From Ignavibacteriota bacterium (GTDB taxonomy: Bacteria; Bacteroidota; Ignavibacteria; UBA10030), in NCBI GenBank assembly GCA_963701295.1, contig OY969585.1, positions 1,536,001 to 1,600,000 of the forward strand: 64,000 bases of DNA, written 5' to 3'. Under the pieces are notes generated by a model. The model saw only the letters and a program-made list of their open reading frames with translations, was not told the DNA's origin and made no database searches. This document shows, piece by piece, positions 10,463 to 21,563 of the stretch (the stretch's first letter is position 1; each line of letters opens with the position of its first letter). The position numbers and the translations under genes are program-made.

Positions 10463-11053
10463 TTAGCGAAGGGGAATCTGAAATCGGATTTTTGCGTTGC
10501 CGCCCAGATCATCGGAGACATTAAAGTCATACAATGTTGCACCGACATATGCATCTATAATATTAAGAAAGTATGTGAGAGCGAGGTAGAAGATAAATTC
10601 GTCGCGTTGATTGTGATAAAATTCGCGAAAACTTAGTATATATGGATTGCCGGTATGATTTATCGTATCCGATCGAACAGATTCTGAGTATTGTCCCCGA
10701 TAATCCATGTATTGATTATTTGCTTGGATCGCACTTGAAGCGAAATAATACCCAAATCCCCAAATTAATGGAATAGTATAATACCGATGGGCGTACACTT
10801 GTCCTGACCCGGGCAGGATTGCAGAAAACAACATTGCGCGATTACCCGATTTTGCCTGTCTCTCATCGGACAATTTCATACTGTTAAATTGATATTGCAG
10901 TGTGTCGCGAGAAGTGGGAAGCGTTTCTATTGTATCAGGTTTGATGAGAGCGGAAGTGACTTTTGCTTGTGCGGTTGAATCGTTTATTGACAATACAAAG
11001 ACAAGAGCAAGACTTACAATACTCCATGGTGTGAATGATCGGTTTCTCATCAA
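10463..11053 (-). CDS. DUF5683 family protein
   Basis: SAILPGSGQVY and NIIDAYVGA motifs; usual position downstream of parB in Bacteroidota-related lineages. Confidence 0.75.
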   Translation of the reverse strand: MMRNRSFTPWSIVSLALVFVLSINDSTAQAKVTSALIKPDTIETLPTSRDTLQYQFNSMKLSDERQAKSGNRAMLFSAILPGSGQVYAHRYYTIPLIWGFGYYFASSAIQANNQYMDYRGQYSESVRSDTINHTGNPYILSFREFYHNQRDEFIFYLALTYFLNIIDAYVGATLYDFNVSDDLGGNAKIRFQIPLR

Positions 11054-11074
11054 CAGGTCTGTGCAAAAAAGTTG

Positions 11075-11467
11075 TTATTTCTCAATGACGGCGACGGCTT
11101 CAATTTCGACGCGAATATCGCGAGGGAGCCGGGCTGCTTCCACGGTACTGCGGGCTGGCGCCGCAGCTCCAAGAAATTCAGCATACACTTCGTTCATGGC
11201 AGCGAACTCGTTCATATCTTTCAAAAAGACTGTCGTCTTCACGACAGACGCGAGCGAAGCTCCACCGGCAATAAGAATTGCTTCAAGATTCTTCATGACC
11301 TGTCGTGTTTGTTCCTTGATGCTGCCTTCCACTAGTTTGCCGGTTATTGGGTCCATTGGTCCCTGTCCGGCTGTGTAAAGAAATTTGCTGTCAACAAGAA
11401 TTGCCTGGCTGTAGGGCCCGATAGGAGCCGGAGCTTTCTCTGTGAGAATTTTTTTTATGTTTGTCAT
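11075..11467 (-). CDS. ridA: RidA family enamine/imine deaminase
   Basis: [27 protein letters not shown]...VEIEA. Confidence 0.92.
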   Translation of the reverse strand: MTNIKKILTEKAPAPIGPYSQAILVDSKFLYTAGQGPMDPITGKLVEGSIKEQTRQVMKNLEAILIAGGASLASVVKTTVFLKDMNEFAAMNEVYAEFLGAAAPARSTVEAARLPRDIRVEIEAVAVIEK

Positions 11468-11468
11468 A

Positions 11469-12377
11469 CTATTTTCCTGTGAATAAATCCATCAGGCGGT
11501 CGAAGTCATCGAGAGAATAATATTCAACAATAATCTCGCCGCGTCCTTGTCCTTTTGTCCGGACTTTTACTTTTGTGCCGAGTGCTTGGCGCAGCTGCGC
11601 TTCTAAATTTTGGATGCCTGCCGGCGTACCGGTGCTCTCTTTATGTGTCCCGGATTTCTTTTTCGGCTGTTGTGCCGCACGGACAATGTCTTCCACTTTG
11701 CGTACCGATAATCCGTTGTCGACTATTTTTTCAAACAGCCGTATTTGCATCCGTTCATTTGGAAGCGAAATAAGCGCGCGCGCGTGTCCCATGGAAATTT
11801 TTTCTTTACGCAAACCCTCTTGAATTTTTCCCGGCAGCTTCAACAAACGAATGAAATTTGTGACCGTGCTGCGGTCCTTACCGACACGTTTTGCGATGTC
11901 TTCCTGATTGATATGGCATTCGTCCATAAGACGCTGGTAAGCGTTGGCAATTTCCATTGGGTTCAAATACTCGCGCTGGATATTTTCGATGAGCGCGAGT
12001 TCCAGCATTTCTTCATCGGTTGCAACGGCAATGATATATGCAGGAATGTGCCGCAAATGTGCAGCCTGTGCCGCCCGCAGACGCCGTTCACCGGAAATGA
12101 GCTGATATGTGCCATCGAATCGGCGTACAGTGATCGGTTGGATAACGCCTTTTTCTAGAATGGATCGGGTAAGCTCTGCAAGAGATTCTTGATCGAAATC
12201 AATGCGCGGCTGGAATGGATTTGGTCGTATCTTGGCAATGTCAATACTGGCGATGATGCCTATCTCACCGGTATCCCGACCAATAGAACCATCGCGAACA
12301 TTTACTTCTATCCTTGAATTTTTCGGGATAAGAGCGTTCAGTCCACGCCCAAGAACCGATTTTTTTTGATCGACCAT
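11469..12377 (-). CDS. parB: Chromosome partitioning protein ParB
   Basis: [31 protein letters not shown]. Confidence 0.95.
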   Translation of the reverse strand: MVDQKKSVLGRGLNALIPKNSRIEVNVRDGSIGRDTGEIGIIASIDIAKIRPNPFQPRIDFDQESLAELTRSILEKGVIQPITVRRFDGTYQLISGERRLRAAQAAHLRHIPAYIIAVATDEEMLELALIENIQREYLNPMEIANAYQRLMDECHINQEDIAKRVGKDRSTVTNFIRLLKLPGKIQEGLRKEKISMGHARALISLPNERMQIRLFEKIVDNGLSVRKVEDIVRAAQQPKKKSGTHKESTGTPAGIQNLEAQLRQALGTKVKVRTKGQGRGEIIVEYYSLDDFDRLMDLFTGK

Positions 12378-12380
12378 ATA

Positions 12381-13190
12381 TTATATCCTACCGACAGGTT
12401 CCTGATGTATTAGCGGTTCGATAGAGAAAAACTTGTTGTTCTTTAAAACTTCTTTCGCTAATTCCATGTAATTACGAGTGCCGATGCAAATAGCATCGTA
12501 CAAAATGATCGGTTTGCCAAAACTGGGTGCCTCGCTCAATCGGATGTTGCGTGAAACGATGGTAGTAAATACTTTATCACCGAAGTAGCGTTTTACTTCT
12601 TCCACAATTTGGTTGGAGAGCCGAAGCCTTGAATCGAACATCGTCAACAGAACACCTTCGATATCGAGATTGGGATTCAGTGTCTTCTTGACCATGTTGA
12701 TGGTACTGAAGAGCTGACCGAGTCCTTCCAGAGCAAAGTATTCGCACTGGACAGGAATGAGGACAGAATCCGCTGCCGTTAAAGCATTGAGTGTCAGCAA
12801 GCCAAGCGAGGGCGGACAATCTACAATAATGAAATCGAATCGGTCACGCACCGGTTGGAGCGCAGTTGTGAGAAGCCGTTCCCGATCTTCCATTCCTACC
12901 ATTTCGATTTCGGCGCCGACAAGATTGATGTGCGATGGAAGGATGGAGAGGTACGGCATTTGCGTCGGCTGGATTGCCGCCGCCGCTTCCACTTCTCCAA
13001 CAATTACCTCGTAAATGGTTTTCTTATCAATGCTGGTGGAGCCGACACCACTTGTGGCGTTCGCTTGCGGGTCATTATCGACGAGCAATGTGCGTTTCTC
13101 CGCTGCCGCAAGCGAAGCTGCAAGATTGATAGCAGTTGTGGTTTTGCCAACACCACCTTTTTGATTTGCTACGACGATTATTTTTGCCAC
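12381..13190 (-). CDS. parA: Chromosome partitioning ATPase ParA/Soj
   Basis: NQKGGVGKTTT, DCPPSLG, QCEYFALEG, EAPSFG; TTG start. Confidence 0.95.
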   Translation of the reverse strand: MAKIIVVANQKGGVGKTTTAINLAASLAAAEKRTLLVDNDPQANATSGVGSTSIDKKTIYEVIVGEVEAAAAIQPTQMPYLSILPSHINLVGAEIEMVGMEDRERLLTTALQPVRDRFDFIIVDCPPSLGLLTLNALTAADSVLIPVQCEYFALEGLGQLFSTINMVKKTLNPNLDIEGVLLTMFDSRLRLSNQIVEEVKRYFGDKVFTTIVSRNIRLSEAPSFGKPIILYDAICIGTRNYMELAKEVLKNNKFFSIEPLIHQEPVGRI

Positions 13191-13288
13191 AATGATCCGG
13201 TCGTTCCTGGAGGTGTATACTTCATTGCGAAAAATATACTGCCTTTTTTCTGCTCAAGCAACCGATGAAATAAGACGGAGGTATGTTC

Positions 13289-13720
13289 TCAGGATGCAAC
13301 ATCACACTTCTTGTGAAATGGCTCCGGCAGGGGAGAAATCTTACGTGTTTGCGGATTTATGAATACAATACCAGTTTTTACACGCGCAACTTCTTTACAC
13401 GTTGCTTTATTGATGAGTCTGAAAATGAAATCGCAATTTGTCGTCTGAAAGTCGGTGACCCCAGCTTCTATCGTTAATATGTCTCCATATAATCCTTCTG
13501 AAGAATAAACAACAACTGCATCTGTCATCATAATTCCCAATCCTTCGATATTTAGTTCAGAATAACCAAGGTTCTGGAGAAATTGAATACGTGCTTCATG
13601 AACGATGGAGAGCACAGCATCATTGCCGAGATGACCGCCGTAGTTGATGTCACTTATACGGATTGGAATTTCAGTTCTAAACGGAAGATAGGTGGGGAGT
13701 ATCAGTTTTACGCGAGCCAT
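13289..13720 (-). CDS. Thioesterase (4HBT/FcbC hotdog fold)
   Basis: IRISDINYGGHLGND motif. Confidence 0.85.
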   Translation of the reverse strand: MARVKLILPTYLPFRTEIPIRISDINYGGHLGNDAVLSIVHEARIQFLQNLGYSELNIEGLGIMMTDAVVVYSSEGLYGDILTIEAGVTDFQTTNCDFIFRLINKATCKEVARVKTGIVFINPQTRKISPLPEPFHKKCDVAS

Positions 13721-13850
13721 ATATGTTTCCCATGAGAATTTCTAATCAGTATCCCAACAGTTGTTTATATTGATGAAAGGTACAAGAATTCTTGAAATAA
13801 TGCAGAAGTCTTCGGAATGAACATTTGGATGGAAAATTGGTCAATATCCA

Positions 13851-13879
13851 TGCAACTTAAATTGCTAGATCATCGTAAA
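13851..13879 (+). promoter_or_regulatory. Putative ECF sigma promoter for the 65-aa membrane protein
   Basis: TGCAAC-N17-CGTAAA, 26 nt upstream of the ATG at 13906; fits the AAC...CGT ECF consensus. Confidence 0.45.
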
Positions 13880-13905
13880 TAAATGAGTAACAATGGAAAT
13901 TACCT

Positions 13906-14103
13906 ATGACAACCTTTATTCTTTGGCTCATCCTTTTCTTACTCTGCTGGCCATTAGCATTGCTGGCGTTTGTACTCTATCCAATCGTTTGGCTTCTTAT
14001 GCTGCCATTCCGCGTCATTGGCTTGACGGTGAAGGGATTGTTTGAATTTCTCACTGCGTTGATACTCCTGCCAGCAAGAATTCTTCGTGCATCCAAAGGG
14101 TAG
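13906..14103 (+). CDS. Small hydrophobic membrane protein
   Basis: 65 aa, Leu/Trp/Pro-rich (CWPLALLAFVLYPIVWLLMLPFR); GGA RBS; isolated between larger genes. Confidence 0.7.
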   Translation: MTTFILWLILFLLCWPLALLAFVLYPIVWLLMLPFRVIGLTVKGLFEFLTALILLPARILRASKG

Positions 14104-14238
14104 GCAGAACTACTTTCCTAGTGCTTGTTCCTTCAGTATTGTTTTTTTCCTTCCTCCGAATGATTTTCCGGTGATATCCCGTTGCAATTAGACGCATTTT
14201 TCGGTACCGTTTCATAAAATAATCTGATAAGTATCTCT

Positions 14239-16998
14239 GTGCATCTACGAATATTTTGTATAATTTTCATTCTCTTGTTGACGGTGCCAACTCTGATTTG
14301 CGCACAAAGCACTGCTCATCTGCAGGCCTGTGTCACAATTATTCGGCCGGAATTTGGTGAAGGTGCATACCGCTATCCCCATTTGCTTTCCTGCAGATCT
14401 GTGCAACATCCGCGCATTGCTGTGGTATTCAGTGGAGGTGGCGCGCGCGGTGTAGCTTCTATAGGTGTGCTGCGTGTGTTGGAACGAAACGATATTCCCA
14501 TTGATCTTATTGTAGGCACAAGCATGGGCAGCGTTATTGGCGGTTTGTATGCAATGGGATATTCCCCTAACCAGCTTCAGCAAATGATTGATACAACAAA
14601 TTGGGAAGACTTACTCAGCTATACGGATGAAGCACGGCGGCGTGATATGTTTTTGGATCAAAAAATTGCGCGTGATAAGAGCGTACTGGTGCTTCGATTT
14701 GAAGGACTCACGCCGGTCATTCCGGAGGCATTCTCCACAGGTCAGCGGTTGACGAATTATCTCAACATCCTCACACTTCAAGCTCTCTACAAACCTGAAC
14801 CAAGCTTTGACGATCTCCGTATTCCATTCCGGGCTGTGACGACAGATCTGGTGACTGGAAAACGTATTATCCTTGATCGAGGAGATATGACGGAAGCGCT
14901 CCGTGCAAGTTTATCCGTGCCTTTGCTTTTTAGCAGCGTTCCGCGTGATTCCATGCAGCTTCTTGATGGCGGTTTGATAGATAATCTTCCTGTCGATGTG
15001 GCGATTGCGCATCATGCAAATATCGTTGTCGCGGTTGATATGGTCAGCCCGCTCAGACCGAAAAGTAAACTGAATGCACCATGGGAAATTGCAGATCAAA
15101 TTACTACTATTATGATGCAAGAGGCGACCAAGTTAGCACGTGCGAAAGCGAATATTGTTATTACCCCAAAATTGGGTGATCATTTATCTTCCGACTTTAC
15201 AAACCTTGATTCTTTAATTATTGCCGGTGAAATCGCTGCCGAAGAATCACTTCCCATGTTCAAGAAACTCATCAGTGAATGTACGCTCAAAAAATATCAG
15301 GCGGACAGCACAATACGGTACAAGCGGCCTCGGTTTTCTTGGACAAGTGAACTACCGTCAGAGTATCAAGACAGCCTTCAGATGTATGAGAAACGAGGCT
15401 GGGTAACAAAAATGGATCTGCAAATTCTTGTCAATGATATGTATGAACAAGGTGACTATGCCGCTGTGGAGGAATTTGTTGAACAGCAGATGGATTCTAC
15501 TATTATAAAAATTGTCCTTTCACCCAACCCTATTTTATGCGACATAAACATATTGGGAAATTCTATTTTTCCTGCCGATACATTGCTTTCGGTATTCCGG
15601 TCGTTGTATGGGCAGCACCTAAATATCAAACGAATAACGCTCGCCTTCGAAAGTCTCCTTGCGATGTATAGAACGTCCGGTTACCCACTTGCCCGCATAT
15701 TAAAGGTGCAATTTGATTCGACATCGAACAGGATCAACATCGTTTTAGACGAAGGTGTTGTATCTCGTACGGATATTTACGGCACAACGAAGACTCGTGA
15801 TTGGGTTCTCAGGCGTGAATTGCCATGGCATGAGAACGATCTGTTGACTCTCTCAAAGGTCTCACAAGGAATGGCAAATCTCTATGGGACAAATCTTTTC
15901 GAGCAGATGCATCTTTCCGTCCATCATGAAGGCGATAGCAGCCAATGGAATGTTACTACGGTTCATGCTCATGAACGCAATACGGAATTAATCCGCTTCG
16001 GGCTCCGAGTAGATGACGAACGCAATATTCAGCCATCCATCGATGTACGGGACGAAAATTTGTTTGGCGCTGGTGCAGAAATCGGCTTGCTGATTGGAGG
16101 AGGGACGCGAAATCAGAGCTATGTCGCTGAGATCAAGGCAACGCGCATTTTCAACACATACCTGACGTTCAATCTGAAGGGGTATTCGGTCATCCGCGAT
16201 GTGAATTTTTATGACGATGCACCGACAAATAATTCACTCTGGTTCGAACGTATTTGTGTAGGAGAATATGAAGAGCGCCGTAATGGTGGCTTGATGAGTT
16301 TCGGCGCTCAACTCGAAAGACTCGGCAGTGTTACCATCGAAGGGCGGTTAGAAAAAATCAATGTAGATAATATTATCAATTCTACTATCACCGATCAAGG
16401 ATACAATATTTCGTCTATCCGATTTGGTACGAACGTGGATACGCAGGACAAATTTCCGTATCCGACCGATGGAATTGTTATGAATTTCTCCTATGAATCA
16501 GCGTTGATGAAACTGGTCGATGCACCGGGATTTACGAAAATGTACTTTTCATACGAAACGTACCATACAATGTACATAGGACACGTGATTCATCCTCGAT
16601 TCGAGATCGGTATGGCGGATGAAACTTTGCCGATCAGCGAACAATTTTCGCTTGGCGGTCAGCAAGATTTTTTTGGGTTTCGAGAAGATAATACGCGCGG
16701 CCGGCAATTATTGGCAGCAAGTTTGGAGTATCAATACAAACTACCATTCGAGCTCTTTTTTGATACCTATTTCAAAGCACGCTATGACTTTGGCTCTGTA
16801 TGGGCAAAAACAGAAGAAATGCGGTTAAAGGATTTTAAGCATGGTATTGGAGTAACGATCGGATTGGATACACCTATTGGTCCGGCAGAGTTTTCGCTTG
16901 GCCGCAGTTTTTATTTCATAAACCGTTCAGTGAGCTTTGGGCCGTTTGCAGCATACTTTAGTATCGGTTATCCTATTTTTGGGGTTGTGAGGAATTAA
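14239..16998 (+). CDS. Patatin-like phospholipase with POTRA repeats and BamA/TamA beta-barrel (PlpD/type Vd-like)
   Basis: Signal peptide, SGGGARG, GTSMG, DGG; C-terminal Omp85-like barrel (LGG...GF, TPIGP, YFSIGY). Confidence 0.85.
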   Translation: MHLRIFCIIFILLLTVPTLICAQSTAHLQACVTIIRPEFGEGAYRYPHLLSCRSVQHPRIAVVFSGGGARGVASIGVLRVLERNDIPIDLIVGTSMGSVIGGLYAMGYSPNQLQQMIDTTNWEDLLSYTDEARRRDMFLDQKIARDKSVLVLRFEGLTPVIPEAFSTGQRLTNYLNILTLQALYKPEPSFDDLRIPFRAVTTDLVTGKRIILDRGDMTEALRASLSVPLLFSSVPRDSMQLLDGGLIDNLPVDVAIAHHANIVVAVDMVSPLRPKSKLNAPWEIADQITTIMMQEATKLARAKANIVITPKLGDHLSSDFTNLDSLIIAGEIAAEESLPMFKKLISECTLKKYQADSTIRYKRPRFSWTSELPSEYQDSLQMYEKRGWVTKMDLQILVNDMYEQGDYAAVEEFVEQQMDSTIIKIVLSPNPILCDINILGNSIFPADTLLSVFRSLYGQHLNIKRITLAFESLLAMYRTSGYPLARILKVQFDSTSNRINIVLDEGVVSRTDIYGTTKTRDWVLRRELPWHENDLLTLSKVSQGMANLYGTNLFEQMHLSVHHEGDSSQWNVTTVHAHERNTELIRFGLRVDDERNIQPSIDVRDENLFGAGAEIGLLIGGGTRNQSYVAEIKATRIFNTYLTFNLKGYSVIRDVNFYDDAPTNNSLWFERICVGEYEERRNGGLMSFGAQLERLGSVTIEGRLEKINVDNIINSTITDQGYNISSIRFGTNVDTQDKFPYPTDGIVMNFSYESALMKLVDAPGFTKMYFSYETYHTMYIGHVIHPRFEIGMADETLPISEQFSLGGQQDFFGFREDNTRGRQLLAASLEYQYKLPFELFFDTYFKARYDFGSVWAKTEEMRLKDFKHGIGVTIGLDTPIGPAEFSLGRSFYFINRSVSFGPFAAYFSIGYPIFGVVRN

Positions 16999-17079
16999 AG
17001 GAAAATAAGTAACTTGTTGTACTGATGGACCGTATCTATGGATACGGTATTCATGGTCAAATATAGTTAGAGATCAACA

Positions 17080-19617
17080 ATGACAAATCTATTTTCTAAC
17101 TTATCGGCTCGATCCATCAGAGCTATCTATACCGTAGTAGCCCTGATTGTATTGAGTGTATGTCTAATGAACTTCTATGTTCAGATGTTCGAGCGTATTG
17201 TTGGTAATGATCAATGTCGATGGGTGCCGAAAGGCGAATCGCGTTTGTTGATTACCGATATTGTAAGCGGTGGTGTTTCAGATCAGGCGGGAATCAAAGA
17301 CGGCGATGTTCTTATTAGAATTGATGAACTGCAGTTCAAGCGTGATCTTGACGCACAGGAAATCATTAATAACAAGGTTGGTTCATACGCAACTTATACT
17401 TTGGAACGAGATGGTGCTCAATTTGACAAACGCATACTCATTCTTAAAGCAATTGATTTAGAGTATGTTTCACAATTGCTCTTTGGGTTGGGTTTTTTGC
17501 TTGTGGGGTATATTGTTGTAATGGTCAAGCCGCAGGGAAGTCTCCAGAGAATGTTTGGCCGTTTCAGTATTGTTTCCATGCTCTTCTTCGGGCTTTCTAC
17601 GTTGAACCAAAACCCAATAACCGATCCTCGCTGGCGGATTATTACGCTTAGTATTTTCTTTATTATAGGTTCTATTTTCGCACCAATTTTTGTGCGGTTC
17701 TTTTTATTCTTTCCTATCAAGAGAAAGGGGTACAATAGCAAACTCCTTTCAATTCTCCTGTATGTCCTCAGTGTTTCATTTATGGTCGCGCTCATTTTAC
17801 TGACTATTTCCTATTTTAAAGGTATGGATCAGTTTCGTCAATATATTAACGCCGTTTTTTTCTTTCGATATGGATTTTTCCTTGCAGGATTTGCTATTTT
17901 TATCCAAAGCTACTATAGCAATTCCATAAAAGGACGGCGCAGTCAACTTCGACCTATACTTATTGGTGTCGCCATTGGCATCTTAATGTTCAGCTACGCT
18001 CTTATAGTTCAAGCGAGATATCGATTTATTGCATTTATCAATCCTACAATTTTGTTGCCGGTGCTGCTACTGGCTTTTGTACCTGTAGCTTTTGGTTATG
18101 CAATCTTCCGGCATCGGTTGATGGATATAGATGTTGTCATCCGGCGTAGTTTGATTTATGGAACTGTTACGGCATCATTGGCAGCGATTTATTTAGTCTC
18201 TGTTTACGGTATAGGTACGCTTGTGAATTACTTTTTTGGTGAACAAGAGAATCATTTGCTTATTATTGTATCACTGGTGGTAGTTGCTTTTGTGTTCGAT
18301 CCAGTCAAACAGAGATTTCAAAATGGGATCGATCGAATATTCTTCCATGAAAGGTACGATTATCAGCGGGCATTACTGGAATTCACACAAGAACTCCCGC
18401 GCTTAATGGAGATGGAACATATTCTTCATTCAATTGTCTCGCGACTCTCCTCAATTATGCACATCGAAAAATTGTCTGTCTTTATTTGCGGAGAAAAAGA
18501 AGGATGCAAAACGGCCGCACAGAACATAGATCAAACAGATTGCACGTTTAGTGACGGTGAAAACACACTGATGGCACTCTTACAGAAAACACGTAAGCCA
18601 GTTGATCTTCATCTTCTTGATGATGAGTATGATGTGACTGAGGTGAAGAGCGAAGAAAAACAAAAACTTCTCCGGGCCGGTGTGGTGTTATCGGTGCCTA
18701 TGTTTCTGCAAGATCGTTTGGTAGGATTTATCAATGTTGGGCCGAAAATGTCGGGGAAAGTATATTCGCAAGAAGATATCAATTTGCTGGCGACCGTTGC
18801 TGGACAAGCCGCTATTGCCATCGAGAACTCGCGTTTGCATAAATCCGAGATCGAACAGGGGCGTATCAAAGAAGAACTGGATCTGGCGCGGAAAATTCAG
18901 CAAGGCCTGTTCCCGAAAGCGAGTCCTGAGATTACCGGTCTCGATATTGCCGGTGTATCAGTCCCGGCACTGAGCGTTGGCGGGGATTACTACGACTTTG
19001 TCCAACTTGGTCCCAAAAAAATTCTTGCCGTTGTGGCAGATGTCTCCGGCAAGGGAATGTCTGCTGCGTTGTATATGTCGAAAATTCAGGGGATGGTCCA
19101 GCTTGCGGCACATATGTACGATACACCGAAGGAGATGCTCGTCAACATTAATCGGCGTATATTCGACGGGCTTGATCGTAAATCGTTTATCACGATGATT
19201 CTCGCACTTTTCGATTTGAAGAAAAAAGAAGTACGCATTTGCCGCGCCGGACACAATAAGGCACTTTTGAGTGTGAATGGAAAAATTCGTTTCCTTGAAG
19301 GCGGTGGAATTGGGTTGGGGTTAGAACGCGGCCCATTATTCGAGAATGCTATTGAAGAAGTACGGATTCCGATCAAATCGGAAAGTCTTTTCCTCTTTTA
19401 TACTGATGGTATCACCGAAGCGATGAATGAAAAGCAGCAGCAGCTGGGTGAAGATGCAATCGTGCATGTGTTGAAAAAGAAACGGCTTCTACCTGCAGCA
19501 AGAATCCAACAAGCAATTCTTACGGCCGTAGAAAAATTTCGCGGTACTGCTGAACAGCATGATGATGTAACGATGGTGGTAGTTAAAAGCGTGTCAACAA
19601 AGAAAGTAAAAAGATAG
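17080..19617 (+). CDS. PDZ + multi-TM + GAF + SpoIIE/PP2C phosphatase (RsbU-like sensor)
   Basis: AGIKDGDVL (PDZ), TM block, GAF, VGGDYYD, DVSGKG, YTDGITEA, DDVT. Confidence 0.88.
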   Translation: MTNLFSNLSARSIRAIYTVVALIVLSVCLMNFYVQMFERIVGNDQCRWVPKGESRLLITDIVSGGVSDQAGIKDGDVLIRIDELQFKRDLDAQEIINNKVGSYATYTLERDGAQFDKRILILKAIDLEYVSQLLFGLGFLLVGYIVVMVKPQGSLQRMFGRFSIVSMLFFGLSTLNQNPITDPRWRIITLSIFFIIGSIFAPIFVRFFLFFPIKRKGYNSKLLSILLYVLSVSFMVALILLTISYFKGMDQFRQYINAVFFFRYGFFLAGFAIFIQSYYSNSIKGRRSQLRPILIGVAIGILMFSYALIVQARYRFIAFINPTILLPVLLLAFVPVAFGYAIFRHRLMDIDVVIRRSLIYGTVTASLAAIYLVSVYGIGTLVNYFFGEQENHLLIIVSLVVVAFVFDPVKQRFQNGIDRIFFHERYDYQRALLEFTQELPRLMEMEHILHSIVSRLSSIMHIEKLSVFICGEKEGCKTAAQNIDQTDCTFSDGENTLMALLQKTRKPVDLHLLDDEYDVTEVKSEEKQKLLRAGVVLSVPMFLQDRLVGFINVGPKMSGKVYSQEDINLLATVAGQAAIAIENSRLHKSEIEQGRIKEELDLARKIQQGLFPKASPEITGLDIAGVSVPALSVGGDYYDFVQLGPKKILAVVADVSGKGMSAALYMSKIQGMVQLAAHMYDTPKEMLVNINRRIFDGLDRKSFITMILALFDLKKKEVRICRAGHNKALLSVNGKIRFLEGGGIGLGLERGPLFENAIEEVRIPIKSESLFLFYTDGITEAMNEKQQQLGEDAIVHVLKKKRLLPAARIQQAILTAVEKFRGTAEQHDDVTMVVVKSVSTKKVKR

Positions 19618-19794
19618 AAGGTAAAAGTTAAAAAGCTCTTTTATGCGTTTCTCTTCATATCCCCATCAAATGTCTACCGGTTCATTTCTTTAATCTGATC
19701 TCTATATTTTGTTTGTCTCGTTTCTTTGTCTTTTCTTTGAAAACTCTCTATATTCATAGAGATTCTTTTTTTATAATAGAATTTAATAGAACGT

Positions 19795-20061
19795 ATGACG
19801 ACAAAACCTCCATCATCCATTGTAGAATTTCCGGCCGAGTCGCTGGAAAAATTCGCATACAGCATTACCGCGGAAATTCCAGCGCAAGAACCGAATGATA
19901 ATAATCGTCTTGGCTATTGTCTGTGGGGATGGTTGAGCGAACGGCGTGGATCACTGCTGCAGGCTATTCATGCGGCAGGCGCTCGCACAAAACTTACCGA
20001 TGAAGAAATTTCCTCCATAATAAGTAAGCGGCTCGAAGAAAAGGGTATCAAGTTTTCCTAA
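19795..20061 (+). CDS. Hypothetical protein (88 aa)
   Basis: Clean ORF in an intergenic gap with protein-like composition (EPNDNNRLGYCLW). Confidence 0.65.
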   Translation: MTTKPPSSIVEFPAESLEKFAYSITAEIPAQEPNDNNRLGYCLWGWLSERRGSLLQAIHAAGARTKLTDEEISSIISKRLEEKGIKFS

Positions 20062-20129
20062 CGAAGGAATGAGAAATTCTGCATTCTTATAATGTTATAC
20101 TTTATTGTCTTACTATGAGTTAAAACAGT

Positions 20130-20723
20130 ATGCTCTATACTTATAAAATTTTTATTCTTTCTTTCATTCCATTATTTGTTGCCATTGATGTCTTGGGATT
20201 AGTGCCGATCTTTCTGACACTCACGGGTGAGATGAATCATAAGGAGAAAAAAAAACTCATCACGGATGCAACGTTGACTGCGCTTGCTGTTTCATTGGTG
20301 TTTCTGTTCGGCGGCAGAATGATTTTTAATTTTCTTGGAATCACAGAAAACGATTTTCGTGTTGGCGGTGGCATTGTTCTTTTGGTACTTGCCATTGTGG
20401 ATCTCATCTTTGCCGGCGAAGAAAATCGGACACCCCAAACATCTGTAGGTGTTGTTCCCATCGGTATCCCGCTCATCATTGGTCCCGCCGTGCTCACGAC
20501 GCTCCTGATTGTTGTAGATGCATATGGGTATCTGGCTGCGGTGATAGGATTACTGGCAAATCTTTTTCTTGTTTGGCTGATCTTCCGAAATTCCAATCTT
20601 ATCATACGGATTATGGGAGACGCGGGCTCGAAGGCATTCGCGAAAGTTGCGGCACTCTTTATGGCGGCTATTGCGATTATGATGATACGTGTTGGACTGA
20701 CTGCAATGATTTCTGCAAAATAA
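20130..20723 (+). CDS. MarC family membrane protein
   Basis: FRVGGGIVL, VVPIGIPLIIGPA; six TM segments. Confidence 0.9.
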   Translation: MLYTYKIFILSFIPLFVAIDVLGLVPIFLTLTGEMNHKEKKKLITDATLTALAVSLVFLFGGRMIFNFLGITENDFRVGGGIVLLVLAIVDLIFAGEENRTPQTSVGVVPIGIPLIIGPAVLTTLLIVVDAYGYLAAVIGLLANLFLVWLIFRNSNLIIRIMGDAGSKAFAKVAALFMAAIAIMMIRVGLTAMISAK

Positions 20724-20727
20724 CTAC

Positions 20728-21519
20728 ATGAACCTGGGACTAAAAAATAAAATAGCAATTGTTACTGCGGCAAGCCAAGGACTTGGTAAAGCATCCGCGC
20801 TGGCGCTGGCACAGGAAGGCGCAACCGTCGTTATCTGCTCACGGAGACAGAAAGAAATTACAGAAGCGGCAAATGAAATTCAGAGAACCACGAATGCAAC
20901 TGTTATTCCGTTGGTTGCCAATGTTGCCAAGCCGGGAGACATCGAGCTATTGGTTGCAGAAACAAAGGGGCGCTTCGGCACTGTACACGTGCTTGTCAAT
21001 AATGCGGGCGGCCCACCTACCGGCGACATTCTCTCGTTGAAGGATGAAGATTGGCAGAAGGGACACGACCTGACACTCATGAGTATGGTGCGTCTCACTC
21101 GCGCTGTTCTTCCGATGATGATTCAACAGCAATGGGGAAGAATTATCACCATTACATCGATTGCCGCAAAGCAGCCGATCAACGAATTGCTTCTTTCTTC
21201 TGCAATTCGCCCCGGAATTCTCGGACTCACAAAAGTGCTTGCGAACCGGTACGCAAAAGATAATATTACCGTGAATACAGTGTGCCCCGGTAACGTTCTG
21301 ACCAAGCGGCAGGAAGAACTCGCAGCATCGCGAGCAGCCGCACAGAATATTTCCAAGGAGCAATATTTGAAAGAGACTGCAGGTGCTATTCCCGCCGGTA
21401 GACTCGGTAAGCCAGAAGAAATTGGCAATGTTATCGCATTCCTCGCATCTGAGCAAGCAAGTTATGTCAATGGAGTGAATATGCTTGTTGACGGTAGTGC
21501 TACTAAGGGAATCCATTGA
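20728..21519 (+). CDS. SDR family oxidoreductase
   Basis: VTAASQGLG, NNAGGP, GRLGKPEE, VDG. Confidence 0.9.
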   Translation: MNLGLKNKIAIVTAASQGLGKASALALAQEGATVVICSRRQKEITEAANEIQRTTNATVIPLVANVAKPGDIELLVAETKGRFGTVHVLVNNAGGPPTGDILSLKDEDWQKGHDLTLMSMVRLTRAVLPMMIQQQWGRIITITSIAAKQPINELLLSSAIRPGILGLTKVLANRYAKDNITVNTVCPGNVLTKRQEELAASRAAAQNISKEQYLKETAGAIPAGRLGKPEEIGNVIAFLASEQASYVNGVNMLVDGSATKGIH

Positions 21520-21563
21520 AATAATATAAATCGGATCATCACTCTATTTCAGAAAGTATTCGC

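Noticed and set aside
11469-13290. parS sites or oriC near parAB
   Set aside because: I saw no TGTTTCACGTGAAACA-like palindrome or DnaA-box cluster by eye; a motif scan would be needed to exclude weak sites.
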